NCBI GenBank assembly: GCA_964016885.1
Contig: OZ024758.1
Coordinates: forward strand, 31,186,001-31,250,000
Length of the DNA stretch: 64,000 nucleotides
Reading direction: 5' to 3'
DNA from: Eledone cirrhosa
Taxonomy: Eukaryota
Made by a program: the position numbers and the translations under genes. Below the pieces are notes generated by a model. That model was not told the origin of the DNA and made no database searches. It was given only the letters and a program-made list of their open reading frames with translations. Shown here one piece after another: positions 1 to 15,983 of the stretch. How positions within the stretch are numbered: the stretch's first letter is position 1; each line of letters starts with the position of its first letter.

Positions 1-335
1 TAGACAGTGTCTTCAATATCATCTTTAGGCAATCGGTAACCAATGTGTCCGGTAAAGTTAAAGTCGAACGTAAACTTCAAAAGTTATTAGGTACTAATAC
101 AGTGTTAACGTGAACTTCAATATATAAGTCGAAGGTGCTTAATAACCCCCCCCCCCTCACATACACACACACACCCAGGGGCACCACAATCGATGTACGG
201 AAAATTAAAATAACCTACGACGCGTAATAGGACTTCAGAAACCTATGTATGAAATTTGCTACTAATCGGTTGTAACATGTAGAAATGCATGCGGTTACAC
301 AAACAGGCAGACATCTTCTGTTTTATATATGTAGA
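1..335 (-). mobile_element. 5' end of a non-autonomous Helitron (continues beyond window start)
   Basis: The minus strand begins a|TCTACATATATAAAACAGAAGATGTCTGCCTG, the same terminal style as the Helitron at 11093-12723. It also has a similar subterminal motif (gaaatttgctactaatcggttg). Confidence 0.55.
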
Positions 336-548
336 TTATAATATACGGTTCGGAAAAATCTCTTTGATATATATATATACATATATACATATATATATAT
401 ATATTTATATATATTTACATATATATATATATTTATATATATATATATATATACATATATATAGATATCTTTATATATATATATATACATATATATGTAT
501 ATATATACATATATATAGATAGCTTTATATATATTTACATATATATAT

Positions 549-594
<46 letters not shown>

Positions 595-606
595 TTATAT
601 ATATAC

Positions 607-639
<33 letters not shown>

Positions 640-659
640 TTTACATATATATATATCTT

Positions 660-690
<31 letters not shown>

Positions 691-1104
691 CTTTATATAA
701 TATATACATACATATATATCTTTATATATATATATATCATAAAACATGTCTTTAGCATCACTAGATATAATATATACCATTTCCTCTACCAATTAGTATA
801 ATTAACCATATAAAAAACCAATTAGACCAAGCTATAAGAATAAAGGCTCCTATGAAGAAATCTCCGACAAATAATCGAAAGCAGCCCCTTCGCGGTGGCT
901 ACGATGGAGTATTTATCGAACATTTCGACAGCATGTAGAAATCGACCAGATATACAGTCAACCAAACACAATTAGGTGTAAAATGAAACTTAGAAGAAAT
1001 GCGTACATACCAAATTACCACGTCACGATTCTTAGCCATTTTTGAATGTATTTTTGGCAAAACACATATATATCTATGACTTTATATATATGTAAACCTT
1101 TATA

Positions 1105-1216
<112 letters not shown>

Positions 1217-1668
1217 TATCATTTATTTTGTTTGACCTGTTTAGCTTGATTAGTTTTTTGGCCTAGGTGGTTAACGCCTTCTTAACCACTTTTTCAGTTT
1301 GTATGGCGTTTTAACTTATTGTTTAGCTCTAGTTTTCTTAACTATTGGAGCGCTTGCCAGCATTTCTACGATTTTGCGTTTAGTTTCGCTTTTTCTACCA
1401 GCCGAAATACGATTCTCGCTAAATTTATATTTGTATTAATCTCTTACAATTAACCTGTTTTTAATTCTATTGACAGATTAATTACATAAGTTTATTTTAA
1501 AAACTACCCGGTTGAGTGCTTATTCGATTTGTGCTATCTATGCAATTTTTTGTATGATAAACACATACTGAATTCATTTGCCAAAATCTGGGGAATTTTA
1601 CCCTTGTGACTTACGCATGTGCTTTTACAAAGTTCTGCGTCACTCGCAAAGTTCGTTACAGAGCAGAA

Positions 1669-1783
1669 TTACCTGTTGATAACGTGATATTCCTTGTTCG
1701 ATATTTATGGTGAAAGCTTATAGTTTTAAGCAGACTGTATTATTGATTTAGGTGTCATAGAAACCCTGCATTTGTAAAGGTAA
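1669..1783 (+). ncRNA. Degenerate type I hammerhead ribozyme, U3-A8 core
   Basis: ttacctg-TTGATAA-(gtgatatt...ggtgtcat stem II)-GAAA-ccctgcatttg-TA-aaggtaa. There is a mismatch at the base of stem I and stem III is weak. Confidence 0.45.
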
Positions 1784-1883
1784 CTATAGTAGATAAACCC
1801 TGCATAGTAAAGGTAACTATAGTAGATAAAGTCAATTTTTTAAAATTTATTTTGAAACTTTTTCATTATTTGCTAAACCTGAT

Positions 1884-1985
<102 letters not shown>

Positions 1986-2054
1986 ATCAGGTTTAGCAAA
2001 TAATGAAAAAGTTTCAAAATAAATTTTAAAAAATTGACTTTATCTACTATAGTT

Positions 2055-2138
2055 ACCTTTACCGAATCGGTTTCAAATCTCAAAAATAAACGGAGACCAT
2101 ACGGCCTTCGTTGCAAAGAATGATTCTCGTCAGAAGGT
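2055..2138 (-). ncRNA. Type I hammerhead ribozyme
   Basis: Minus strand reads acctt-CTGACGA-gaatc...gattt-GAAA-ccgattcgg-TA-aaggt. Confidence 0.8.
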
Positions 2139-2709
2139 TCTTTTCATTCGAAGAATATAAAATTCTTGAATTTAAATTACGAACTAGCGCTATCCAAAAC
2201 TGTTCCCGAGATGAGAGTAAATGAAGTGGAATCAATTTTTTCAAGGGCCGAAAGTAAAGATAGAGGCAGAGGGAGGTAGGTCAATCGGCCACCACTATCA
2301 CTAGCAGCAGTCGGAACGACCAAATTTTGTTCTCAACATAGAGGAGAATAGTTCCTACACGCACAAAGCGCTAAGGGACACATGTATTGTCCAACCATAT
2401 GCCAATGTGGTTCAATGGCAGGTTAATAAATTAACGAGCCAGAACATATATAATCAGGTTTAGCAAATAATGAAAAAGTTTCAAAACCTATTATTACTAT
2501 TATCCTCTATGTTGAGAAAAAAATTTGGTCATTCCGACTGCTGCTAGTGATAGTGGTGGCCGATTGACCTACCTCCCTCTGCCTCTATCTTTACTTTCGG
2601 CCCTTGAAAAAATTGATTCCACTTCATTTACTCTCATCTCGGGAACAGTTTTGGATAGCGCTAGTTCGTAATTTAAATTCAAGAATTTTATATTCTTCGA
2701 ATGAAAAGA

Positions 2710-2793
2710 ACCTTCTGAGGAGAATCTTACTTTGCAACGAAGGCCGTATGGTCTCCGTTTATTTTTGAGATTCGAAACCGATTCGGTAAAGGT
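2710..2793 (+). ncRNA. Type I hammerhead ribozyme
   Basis: acctt-CTGAGGA-gaatctta...tgagattc-GAAA-ccg att cgg-TA-aaggt. Stems I, II and III all pair. Confidence 0.88.
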
Positions 2794-2969
2794 AACTATA
2801 GTAGGTAAAGTCAATTTTTTTAAATTTATTTTGAAACTTTTTCATTATTTGCTAAACCTTGTTCTGGCTCGTTAATTTATTAACCTGCCATTGAACCACA
2901 TTGGTGTTTGGTTGGACAATACATGTGTCCCTTAGCGCTTTGTGCGTGTAGGAACACATATCCTATTAT

Positions 2970-3105
<136 letters not shown>

Positions 3106-3122
3106 ATATATATGTATATATG

Positions 3123-3190
<68 letters not shown>

Positions 3191-3277
3191 CATATATATA
3201 TACATATATATATATATACATATATATATACCTATATATATATATATTTATATATATATATATACACATATATATAC

Positions 3278-3370
<93 letters not shown>

Positions 3371-3625
3371 CATGTATATATATATATACATATAATACAT
3401 ATACATATATATAAGTATGTATACGTACATACATATATGTATACAGACGTACAGTAGTATGCTTATATATATATATATATATACATGCACACATATATAT
3501 ATGTACGTATGGATTCACCGAACATTTATTATAATGTTCGGTGTGTTTGTAAACAAACATCCCGAATTAACCCGTACAGCGTCCAGCAACCATCATTGTT
3601 CGTTTGTTCAACACTGACAAAGGAA

Positions 3626-3666
3626 CGCTGTACTAGTTTCAAGCTTATTAGCTATCGTCAGCAACG
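3626..3666 (-). ncRNA. Minimal type I hammerhead ribozyme
   Basis: cgttg-CTGACGA-tagct aata agctt-GAAA-ctag-TA-cagcg, with a palindromic stem III. Confidence 0.88.
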
Positions 3667-3813
3667 TATACCTTCCTGCCAGATGGTTGAACGTCTGAAA
3701 GTATATACTTTCCTCATGCATATTAACGGCTGAGCAGCCTAGTTTGCATATCGAGTGAGTTAATCGGCCGGGGTACCGAAAACGATAAACGAAAAAAATG
3801 AAAGGAAGGTATA

Positions 3814-3854
3814 CGTTGTTGACGATAGCTAATAAGCTTGAAACTAGTACAGTG
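3814..3854 (+). ncRNA. Minimal hammerhead ribozyme, C3U copy
   Basis: cgttg-TTGACGA-tagctaataagctt-GAAA-ctag-TA-cagtg. Confidence 0.7.
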
Positions 3855-4225
3855 TTCCTTTGTCAGTATTGAACAAATGAGCAACGATGGTTGCTAGACA
3901 CTGTACGGCTTAATTTGGGATGTTTGTTTACAAACACACCGAGCATTATAATAAATGTTCGGTGAATCCATACGTACATATATATATATGTGTGCATGTA
4001 TGTATATATTTACATACTACTGTACGTCTGTATACATATATGTATGTACGTATACATACTTATATATATATATACATATATATATATACACATATGTACG
4101 TATACATACTTATATATATATATACATATATATATATACACATATATATATATATATACACACACACATATATATATATATATTGTTTATCGTGAACTCG
4201 TGCGCCGATTTTTCGATACTCGATC

Positions 4226-4318
<93 letters not shown>

Positions 4319-4479
4319 GATATATACATATATATATACATATATATATACATATATATATACATATATTTATTAAAATAACAGATTAAAGTTTAGTCTT
4401 CAAATTTATTATTATTACTATATATACATATAGATAGATAAATATACACGGGTGTGTATGATTGTGTATAGAAGATTAT

Positions 4480-4973
<494 letters not shown>

Positions 4974-4978
4974 CATAC

Positions 4979-5031
<53 letters not shown>

Positions 5032-5041
5032 CATACGTATA

Positions 5042-5073
<32 letters not shown>

Positions 5074-5082
5074 CATATATAA

Positions 5083-5220
5083 CGAAGGAAATGTGGTAAG
5101 GAACCAGGTGGACCATAACGCACCAAAGTACTCAATACTTGAGGTAGTAGAGTGGGTAATAGGAACCAGTAAGACCCCGACAGCTGAGCTCAAGCCGTTT
5201 CGACGGCTAATTCTGGACTC
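5083..5220. repeat. ~140-bp dispersed repeat in (TA)n; copies at 24736-24874, 25384-25524 and 57346-57483
   Basis: Copies share aaggaaatgtggtaaggaaccaggtggaccataacgcacc...gagctcaagccgtttcgacggc. The minus strand has an HHR-like 3' half (GAAA-cggc..gctg-TC) but no CUGANGA. Confidence 0.8.
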
Positions 5221-5324
5221 TATATGTATATATATATGTATATATATATATACATATATATATATATACATATATATATACATATACATACGTATATATA
5301 TATATATATACATATATATTTACA

Positions 5325-5369
<45 letters not shown>

Positions 5370-5446
5370 ACATACATATATATATATACATATATATATA
5401 CATATATATATACATACACATATATATATATATATATGTGTGTATG

Positions 5447-6720
<1,274 letters not shown>

Positions 6721-6721
<1 letters not shown>

Positions 6722-6988
6722 GTTATTCCGGGTTGAATCGGAGGTAACCACAGTAAGTAAGGTACTCAATACATAGCAGAGTATAACAGTTTTAATATAG
6801 ATGAGATTCTACAGGACTAGAACTGTTTCATTCATTAGAAATCATCAGGAATTCAATACATAGCAGAGTATAACAGTTTTAATATAGATGAGATTCTACA
6901 GGACTAGAACTGTTTCATTCATTAGAAATCATCAGAGATTCCTGATGATTTCTAATGAATGAAACAGTTCTAGTCCTGTAGAATCTCA

Positions 6989-6995
<7 letters not shown>
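6721..6995. mobile_element. Tandem (87-bp) plus inverted HHR-bearing unit
   Basis: 6766-6848 is repeated directly at 6853-6935 and then inverted at 6941-6995. Confidence 0.8.
6935..6987 (+). ncRNA. Type I hammerhead ribozyme (minus-strand copies at 6803-6854 and, with broken stem I, 6890-6935)
   Basis: gagattc-CTGATGA-t ttc taat gaa t-GAAA-cag ttctagtc ctg-TA-gaatctc. Confidence 0.9.
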
Positions 6996-7065
<70 letters not shown>

Positions 7066-7138
7066 CTGATATATTTTATATATATATATATGTGTCTGTG
7101 TGTGTGTGTGTATGTATGTATCTGATATATTTTAATAA

Positions 7139-7182
<44 letters not shown>

Positions 7183-8386
7183 ATGTATGCATCTGAGCCT
7201 TCCAATTTCCTTTTACATTATATGCATATTTGTGTATATTTTAATTATTTAAATATTATTTTTATGGTCATGGATGGTCTAGGTATATATACAAACCGAG
7301 TCTTCCTGCGAACTCAACTAACACAAACTGCTCAAACCATTCATTAATCCAAATCATTATGACATTAAGCTACTTCTAATGTCATCATGAAATATATTCC
7401 AGGATGCACAAAATTACATCAGTGACAGGGGACGTAACTATGAACCTTGAAGTGTGTTCCAGACCTGCCAACCTCTAAAAACCCAAACGGTGAGTACCAT
7501 GAAGAAAGGTTCCCCGAAACGGGGAGAAATGAGGCAAAATGGAGAGATTTTACATAATGAATGCAATACCCATTTTCATAAGAGAAGACATATCACACTC
7601 ACCCCAATGTGGTTGGGAAAACTCCGTCAGACGGGAAGAGTTGACAGGTCTGGTGTTCAACAGCGACAGACTCAGCACCTTTCATACAAGCTTCTTTACA
7701 CTTTCTTAAGACCGACTGACCCATACTCATTCGCCTTTAATATTGAGCCCTCCTCTGCTTCCGTATTCCCAGATTATGAACTTGCTTCGACTTAGTCATT
7801 TATATCCAAATGTAATTGGGAATAATGGTATAGCTGCCAAATTTTCTTGAATGGCAATACTATTAGGTGTGTTTCTGGGATTGTCTCACTCAAGTAGCTG
7901 TCATTTTCAGATTCTACATCAGAAGTAACATACATCTAATTTTACTTCAGTAAAAACTAATTTTAACGCATCAAGAATAGGAATACATGATTTATGTGTG
8001 CGTTTGTGAAAGCGCTTGTGTGATTCTTCGTGTGGATTTAAATATAAATCTTCATAAATATATATATACACACATATATATATACACATATATATATTTA
8101 CATACACATATATTTACATATATATATACATACACATATATTTACATATATATATACATACACATATATTTACATATCTATATATATACATACACATATA
8201 TTTACATATATATATACATACACATATATTTACATATCTATATATATACATACACATATATTTACATATATATATACATACACATATTTACATATATATA
8301 TACATACACATATATTTACATATATATACATACACATATATATGCTTATATATATGTGTGTGTACACATCTATATATAGATATATA

Positions 8387-8430
<44 letters not shown>

Positions 8431-9882
8431 TATATATCTATATATATATGTACGTATATATACATATATATACATATATATACGCACATATATATATATA
8501 CACATAAGGAAAGTGTAAAGAGGGGGGGGAGTATTCAGGGCGGAGAGAGGTTGACGAGAGATGACATCAAATCACAATGGATTTATGTACCATCACACAT
8601 GCAACCAGAATATAAATGCGTGCATGTATGTATAATTGGTCTCAAGTGTATATATGTGTGTGTCTGTGTGTGTGTGTGTGTATGTGTATATATATATATA
8701 TATGTGTGTGTGAGTATGTATGTATGTGTATATATATACATATATATGTGTGTGTGAGTGTGTATGTATGTATGTATATATATGTATATATACATATATA
8801 TAAACACTTTAATTTATTCGGTTACTCGATATAATCATTCAATGAATTAAACATTTGTTCGATTATTGGACATGTCGCACCCCATAATCCAGCATGAATA
8901 TTGCATTAGTTCATTGCTTTAAAGCACTTTAGATTAATAGTATGACCTCCATCTATATTGCTAAGACAACACTAGTTTAACAATGCTTTCATCTTTATCG
9001 CTATTTGCATCACTTAACATTGTTGACGTCTGGGCAGATTTTAAGAAAAATTCTGAAATCTAGACTGTCCCATTATCAGTAAAATACTCAACCTACACCA
9101 ACACCAAAAACAAAGTACAAAAAGTAGTTTGATGGACGACGTTTCAGCGATCTTGATCTCCATCGAAATAATTGGAAAACATAATGTTGACTTCTTCATT
9201 TAAATGTTCTCCGTTCGTATACTATCACCCACTACCGATGTTCCGTATGGCTATAGTATATACGAAAACATAAGGGAAATTACTGCTAGGGTGTATGTGA
9301 GGTATATAAATAGTGTTCATAATACCCAGCACCTTATCTGATGAGTTTATCATAGCACTGCAAGCCAAAGAAACATTTTACACTTTTACAACATCACCAG
9401 TGTTTGAAAGGGTCAAATATATTATTTCGGGATATTTACGCACAACAAGAAGGGCTGGACGTTGCAGATTTAAACGCCTTAGTAAAGGACACAATGCTCG
9501 GCAAATTAGAGGGCACATGGTATCAACTTGATGATGATCTAAGGCTGTTTGTGTTGAGAATATATCAAATTACTTTCCACTTATTAATATAATAAACGAC
9601 ACTGTGTAGGAGCCCGAACATACAAAAAGTTCATGAGGATGTGTGGTAATCTGTTTGACAAGACTAAATCTACCCACAGAGGAAGCTGTATGTATGTGTG
9701 TATGTATGAACATATAACTCCTGGTGGGGTCGTATCAGCGCCGTTGTGTCATACAACGTTTCTTTGGAATTTTGTTAACCCTGGTGGAACTCATCCCCTC
9801 TCCAGGTCTCAACACTGCCTATTTCTTCTAGAGAAGAAGCGAGAGTGATTGAGAGAAGTTAGAAAGAGATATAAGAAAAGAA

Positions 9883-10010
9883 ACGACTCCAGTATTGGAC
9901 TGGTACTAAAGTTGAATCAAGCAGGATTTGAGCTCAGAGTGCAAAGAGCCGGAACGAATACCGCAAACCATTCTATCCGACGTTCTAACGACTCTGCCAA
10001 TTCGCCACCC
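9883..10010 (-). mobile_element. tRNA-derived SINE (second subfamily)
   Basis: Minus strand reads ggtggcgaatTGGCAGAGTCGTTAG (A box) ... GAGCTCAAATCC (B box) ... agtaccagt. Confidence 0.6.
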
Positions 10011-10575
10011 AGAGGAAAGTATAAAACATATCAACTCCAGACAAATTGGATGATTTTGAACCAAGTACACCAAGATACCAAGTACACCAAGTACATAGTG
10101 ACAGTAACACGTCTTCATGTTATAAGCTGAGGTAGATGGAATCATGCAAAGTTCAGTATTTTGTTTTGCTGTCTAATCCCAGCTCAGGCTAGATCATGCA
10201 GGCTTATCATTAAAGGTGTTCCAGTCGTAACCATCCCAGCTGTTCTTCTGTGAATGTAGGACTACTTTATCTAATATAGCCTCCCTTTCTAAACTAGTAA
10301 GGTGTGAGGCTAGGGGTGGAGGGTGGTGTAACTGACTATTATCTCTAGAAAGTCGAGAGACTGTGCAACACTAGGGAAAAGATCTGAAACAACGCTTTGA
10401 CGAAATCTTTCAACTCAATCTGATGGAACTCTTTGAAATACACTATTAATATGAATTACAGACACTTTAATATCTGCAATGCAAATCAAACTGACGTTAC
10501 TTTAATATTTAGGATATTAGAATTCTGGTAAATAAACACCATATATAGTCATCTCATGCTGATAGTTTACTTAAT

Positions 10576-10759
10576 AATTGTTTCTACTTTAGGCACAAGG
10601 CCAGCAATTACCCAGTGCATTACTGGTACTTTATTTTATCGACCCCGTAAGGATGAAAGGCAAAGTTAATCTCGGCGGGATTTGAACTCAGATCGTAAAG
10701 GGACGTAACTATGCTGTAAAGCATGGCGTCCGACCCTCTACCGATACTGCCAATCCACC
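10576..10759 (-). mobile_element. tRNA-derived SINE with Deu/Nin-like central domain
   Basis: A box TGGCAGTATCGG, B box GAGTTCAAATCC, then gcctttcatccttacggggtcgataaaataaagtaccag and an (ATT) tail. Multicopy in the window. Confidence 0.85.
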
Positions 10760-11092
10760 AATAAAATACTGACACTAATTTCATAAGACTAATAAAGGAT
10801 TTAATAGAATATATATCTAAAAATGTAAATACAAATAACTATTTTTTACAGTAGGGTCACACTAGTAAATGTACTATCAACTATTCCTTTTTACATACAC
10901 CACAGCCTGTTTAGGGATAAATATTTTGTTAATGATTTCTAAGTAGGGCACAATTCCATATATATATATATATGATCTGAAAAACGTTAGAAAAGTCTCT
11001 GGAAAGATTTCAGAGTCAGGAACGAACATAATCGATCGTTCCTCGAGCTAATCGGCAGTGAAACATATGTAATATGTTATTATATATGTATA

Positions 11093-12723
11093 CTAGCAGC
11101 AGGACCCGGCGTTACACGGGGTAGGAAACGTGAAATAGCAACACGCATATGTAAAGATTGAGGAATGTAGCTGTGTACTTAGATGAACAGTATATGAACA
11201 ATCATTCCCTGAGAATAAGGGAATGATTGTTCATCTACTGGAAACGTAGAACACCAGCAGACCCGAATCGTGAAACATCTGCATGCATGTGCAAAATCTG
11301 AAGAAAATCAAAATCTGAAGAAAATCAAAATCTGAAGAAAATCAAAATCTGAAGAAAATCAAAATCTGAAGAAAATCAAAATCTGAAGAAAATCAAAATC
11401 TGAAGAAAATCAGCTGGATACTCTTTAAGCGTACTGAATCTTAGAGTATGATTTTTCTTCCATTTGGAGAAAATCGGTTAGGTTCTTTTCGAGTTTTATA
11501 GATTCACACCCAGTCATCTACTGTAACTAACAAAGTAGGTAGAATTAATGCGCCACGACGTATACAGCGCCACGAAAACTAAAAGTGGGAATAAAAGAAG
11601 TGTTAGGCTATTGAAAGGCGTCGTAGTCAATGCAATTGCTTAAAACTGGTGAAAAAGTATAGTGTACGTACCAACTTTCTGTGGAATGAGTGAAGGATTG
11701 ATCTCGAGCAGGGATACCAGTAGTAGCAGTGTCAGTGGGCTGATTGCGGCAATCCTATATTTGCGAAAGGAGTAAGTGTTGTGGGGCGATGTATGTCGTA
11801 AGTCTGTTCACGAATTATGTCACCGATGGGGAACACACGTCAGTCTGAAGGAGCGATGTAGTCAATTGTGTGAAAACCAAGTAGGGATGTATGTTTCAGT
11901 AGGGATATTGAGATGACGAAATCAGCGTGGCAACGCAGCTGCAGCAGAAGGGGGTCATAGTGCAATTAGCAGAAACGCCGGGCAGCACTGATTGCACTGC
12001 GTTTACACAGCAACAAAGGTGCGACAAAAGGGGTCACCGTGGAATTAGCACAACCGTTGTTCTGCGTACTTGCGCAGGGCGTTCATACTGCGGTGTAGGT
12101 GCAACAAAAGGGGTCTTAGTAGAAATAGCATAGACGTGAGTTTTACGGTGTCAATAACACGGCAACGTACACAGGGCCCGGATTTGCGCGTGATGAAAGC
12201 ACGAAGCGTCAACAGGGCGCCGACAAAAATTTTAAGGTCCTCCTCATGTCCTCAATCCCCAGAAAATGGTTTTGCTTAAAAGTAAGTGTCATGTCCTCTG
12301 TTAAATAAACTACATTTTTAACGAAATATTAGACGCTACGTACGATGTTTAAGTAGCGTTTATATTGAAAATCAAAATGGCATGAAATGCCCAATGCGAA
12401 TTCGTAAATTTCCTAGAAACCATCAATGGAATCGGAAATTATTTTGTCCACAACAATACAAGAGCACTAACTAATGTGTACTGCAAATTTCGAGGAAATC
12501 GGCTGGATTATCTTTAAGTTAGGCCTCAAAAAAGCCTAAGATTACCTTTAAAATGCGGTTTCTCCCCAGGGCAGAAAAATTTTTTTTTAATTTATCCCAT
12601 TGCATTTCAAGAAATATAAGTACTGCATGTGTAAAGTTTGAAAAAATCGGTCAACTACTTCTCGAGTTTTAGGGATTTACACAGTCAGACAGAGAGACAT
12701 ACTCTGTTTTATATATAGAGAGA
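11093..12723 (-). mobile_element. Non-autonomous Helitron
   Basis: The minus strand starts a|TC and ends with the hairpin cccgtgtaacgccggg followed by CTAG|t. There is no TSD. It contains an internal 17-bp tandem array. Confidence 0.75.
11293..11411. repeat. Minisatellite (AAAATCTGAAGAAAATC) x7 inside the Helitron
   Basis: Seven identical 17-bp units, seen directly. Confidence 0.95.
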
Positions 12724-12804
12724 TGATGCACTACTGATTCTTTGTTCCCTAATTATTATTATATATATATATATATTTATATTTATATTTAAACTAAGAG
12801 TTTA

Positions 12805-13001
12805 CGAAGGTCGGCTGAAACGCTCATAGGCTGACTATGAAGGAGAGATGCTAGAGCTGTGAAATCTTGCATGCATTAATTTCAACTCTTATTGCAACAA
12901 CTGCATTGTTTTCTTCCAGCGACTATGTTGAAAAATAAACCTCATTTGGTCATTCCATGAGAGTATCTTGGTCAGATTATCAACTTTTCAATCGACCCTC
13001 G
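12805..13001. mobile_element. Mariner-type MITE
   Basis: TA|cgaaggtcggctgaaacgct ... aacttttcaatcgaccctcg|TA, giving imperfect TIRs with a TA target duplication. Confidence 0.75.
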
Positions 13002-14012
13002 TACTGTCATTTGATAATCTCAATAATATGATAGTTGCATGTCAATATAGTTTAGAAAGTATCAGTAATAATCAAGTGAGTGGCCCTAAATACTATCAAT
13101 ATATTCACTTAAAATATAATTTAAGATTTGGGGGGAATAATTCAGATAATTCATATAATTTATACGATGATACTGTGTGTCATAATTTAACTCATTTTAT
13201 TCTGTATCATATGGATACCTAACTTCTGACTAATCCAAAATTTGATGTTTGCTTTGTTTTTCTATTCTAACAATATTACTCATTGTCGTTGCGATACATA
13301 GCTTTTGTTCCAATGTTATTTTTTGTTGTTGTTTTTTGTATTTTGTCCGAAAATATTTATACAATGATAACCAAAAATAGTATTTTCTGCTGAATTCAGG
13401 TTTTCGCTTGACAAGACTCGGTGTTCGCCTGACTGACCAAAACGTTTTGCCTAGTTGAGCACAATGCACAAATATTTTAATGCACCAATTTCTTGACAAT
13501 ATAAAAGAAAATCTTGAAAAAATACAGAAACTTTTCGAAATCTATAATATAACTTCTTAAATAAAATTTACGCGTTGGTGTTAAGCTTATCAGGAAAATT
13601 ATAAGTCGAGATTGAAAACAAAAGTGTTTAGTAGTTTTGACAAGTTTTAGGATAAGTGAAGTAGAAGCAATACATGTATAGGAGAAGTCTGTCACAGGCT
13701 TGTGTACGTATGTTTGTTTGGATAGAATTCAGCATTGCATCTTTCGTTGGAATCTGGCAAGCTAAAACTTAATAAATAGTAAATTGATAACACACACATA
13801 AATAACACCTAAGTTGTGATTTTTGGAATAAAAAGTAAAAAGAAACGATAATGAAGAATATAATACTCAACATTCGTGTAACACTTTTTTGCTTCGATGA
13901 TATATGTCTGTTTCAATGAGACATAAAGTATTATTGTCTAAATTATATTTTCTAAGATGACTACAAATATCATATACCTACCTTTCGTTGCCTCTCTTTA
14001 TACACACACACA

Positions 14013-14121
<109 letters not shown>

Positions 14122-14160
14122 TCAAAATATTAACAAAAATAGACATTCGTGTGACAAGTA

Positions 14161-14219
14161 TATTTTATTATACATATTTCAGTGGTATCTTCAACAGAAC
14201 GTCCTCATCAGATAAAATA
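14161..14219 (-). ncRNA. Type I hammerhead ribozyme
   Basis: tattttat-CTGATGA-ggacgttctgttgaagataccact-GAAA-tatgta-TA-ataaaata. Stem I is 8 bp; stem II is weak. Confidence 0.7.
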
Positions 14220-14289
14220 AGATGATGCATGACATACCCTGACATATCCTGACTTAGTAGATGGTTAAGATTCAGTCATGATATATATA

Positions 14290-14610
14290 TATTGGTACGC
14301 TTTCATCAGATAAAATACAAAGTTTGTTTTATAAATAGAGTCATACCCATGAAAATCATAACTTATCGATAAGGTATGATTTCTTTTCATGGGTACGTCT
14401 CTATTTATTAAACAAACTTTGTATTTTATCTCAATGTTGTCTTGGTGCCCTTCAAATATATATAATAAAATAAATATGGTTTTATAAATATAGTTTCCAT
14501 TTATTTAATATCATTGAATATTTATTCCAGTAAACTGTTGAGTGCTCTAAATCAGTTATAAACTTTTATATTTGTCGGACTCCAAACAAATTAAATACCA
14601 CTTCTACTTA
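14290..14610. mobile_element. Fold-back PLE pLTR remnant (family of 35880-36050 and 56841-57291)
   Basis: Palindrome centred on ttatcgataa (~14368). The HHR core is deleted from the + arm and truncated in the - arm. The 3' terminus resembles the pLTR of the PLE at 20264-24363. Confidence 0.75.
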
Positions 14611-15238
14611 TATATATATATATATTTATATATATAAATATATATATATAAAGATATATATATATTGTTATACTTTGGGAGGGTCATGTTGCCAATAAGA
14701 AACACACGCACCAGTTGCTTTCACTTCAATTTATTATATATTTATAAATTTATAAATTTACAAATCTACAAACTTATAAATTTCTGGTTGGTTGGTTGGT
14801 TCCACAACCAGATAGTTGTTTATATATAGTCATAGTCATATGAGTGGAACAGCAACATCACAACTTACAATTAAGGACAAAATGAAAACACACACACACA
14901 TAGAACAAACAACCAACCAACAATAAATAAATAAATAAATAAACAAATAGATAAATGAACACAAACACACACAGACACCCGGATGTGGCGCATGCGCAAA
15001 CTGAGCACACATTATACTAATTTTTAGTATTATAGACCTAATTAATGTACATTTTAGAAATATATTTATAATTTGGTTAACCTAAAAACTTAATTTAATT
15101 GGCTTAAAATTAATATCCTAATACAGATGGATTGCAGAGTGTCATGTAATCATAGACTGAGATAGGTTTTGGATGTATACCTAGTTAATATATTCTTTGC
15201 AATTTTTGAAAAAATATGTATATGTATGTGTATATATG

Positions 15239-15273
<35 letters not shown>

Positions 15274-15930
15274 GTGTATATGTATGTGTGTATGTATTAA
15301 TTTTAATTTCTGTTTACCTATAATTATATTCTACTATGGATAAAATACAATATCTGTTTTAATTATTATAAACCTAATTAACATATACTATAGAAATTAA
15401 TATATAATTTTTAATTTCGTTAACCTATAATTTATATTCTACTACCGATGTAATACTTTATTTGATTTTTCCCTATTACTAAATTCATTTTCTAATATTG
15501 ATACCATAACGTTAATAATTTTAATTTAGTTATACTATAATTAATACTCTACTACTATTTAACTTCAAAATTCCGCTTCAAATATTATAAACCTAAGTAG
15601 TATACACCTTAGAAATCAATATATTAACTATCTTTAATTTAGTTAACCTATAATTAATGGTATACTTATATTGAAATGCATAATTTTGCCTTCTTTCTTA
15701 CATTTCCTAATACTGAAACTACTATGTAAACGCATATTATGATCTAAATACAGATTAATATTCTATGTTTCTTGAAACCTATATTTACTATAATCCCCCC
15801 CCCCCTACTATTATTATTTGTATTTGTAAACGTGGATGAATGTATGTATATATAGGTAGGTATGTATGTTTGGGTGTTTGTATGTGAGTATAAAAATACA
15901 TATGTGCGCATGTAAATAAAGGTGTATGAT

Positions 15931-15983
<53 letters not shown>

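Larger units (their letters stand above)
3500..3980. mobile_element. Fold-back element with HHR in both arms
   Basis: About 3500-3677 is the reverse complement of about 3802-3980, with a spacer of about 125 bp. The element sits within (TA)n. Confidence 0.8.

Noticed and set aside
1340-1430. Segment shared in inverted form with 25655-25715, with GAAA-t-gcga..tcgc-TH
   Set aside because: The repeat is real, but I could not find a 5' catalytic core or stem I, so it is not called as a ribozyme.
9128-9172. Minus-strand gatg..GAAA-cgtcg-TC-catc HHR-like 3' half
   Set aside because: No CUGANGA-like core is present, so it is at best a decayed remnant.
10576-10759. SINE heads as genuine tRNA genes
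   Set aside because: A and B boxes are present, but there is no complete cloverleaf and a conserved body and tail follow in dispersed copies.
11293-11411. 17-bp repeat array as CRISPR or as tandem CTGAAGA hammerhead cores
   Set aside because: There are no spacers and the context is eukaryotic. CTGAAGA has no pairing stems or GAAA-stem III-UH. It is a simple minisatellite in a Helitron.
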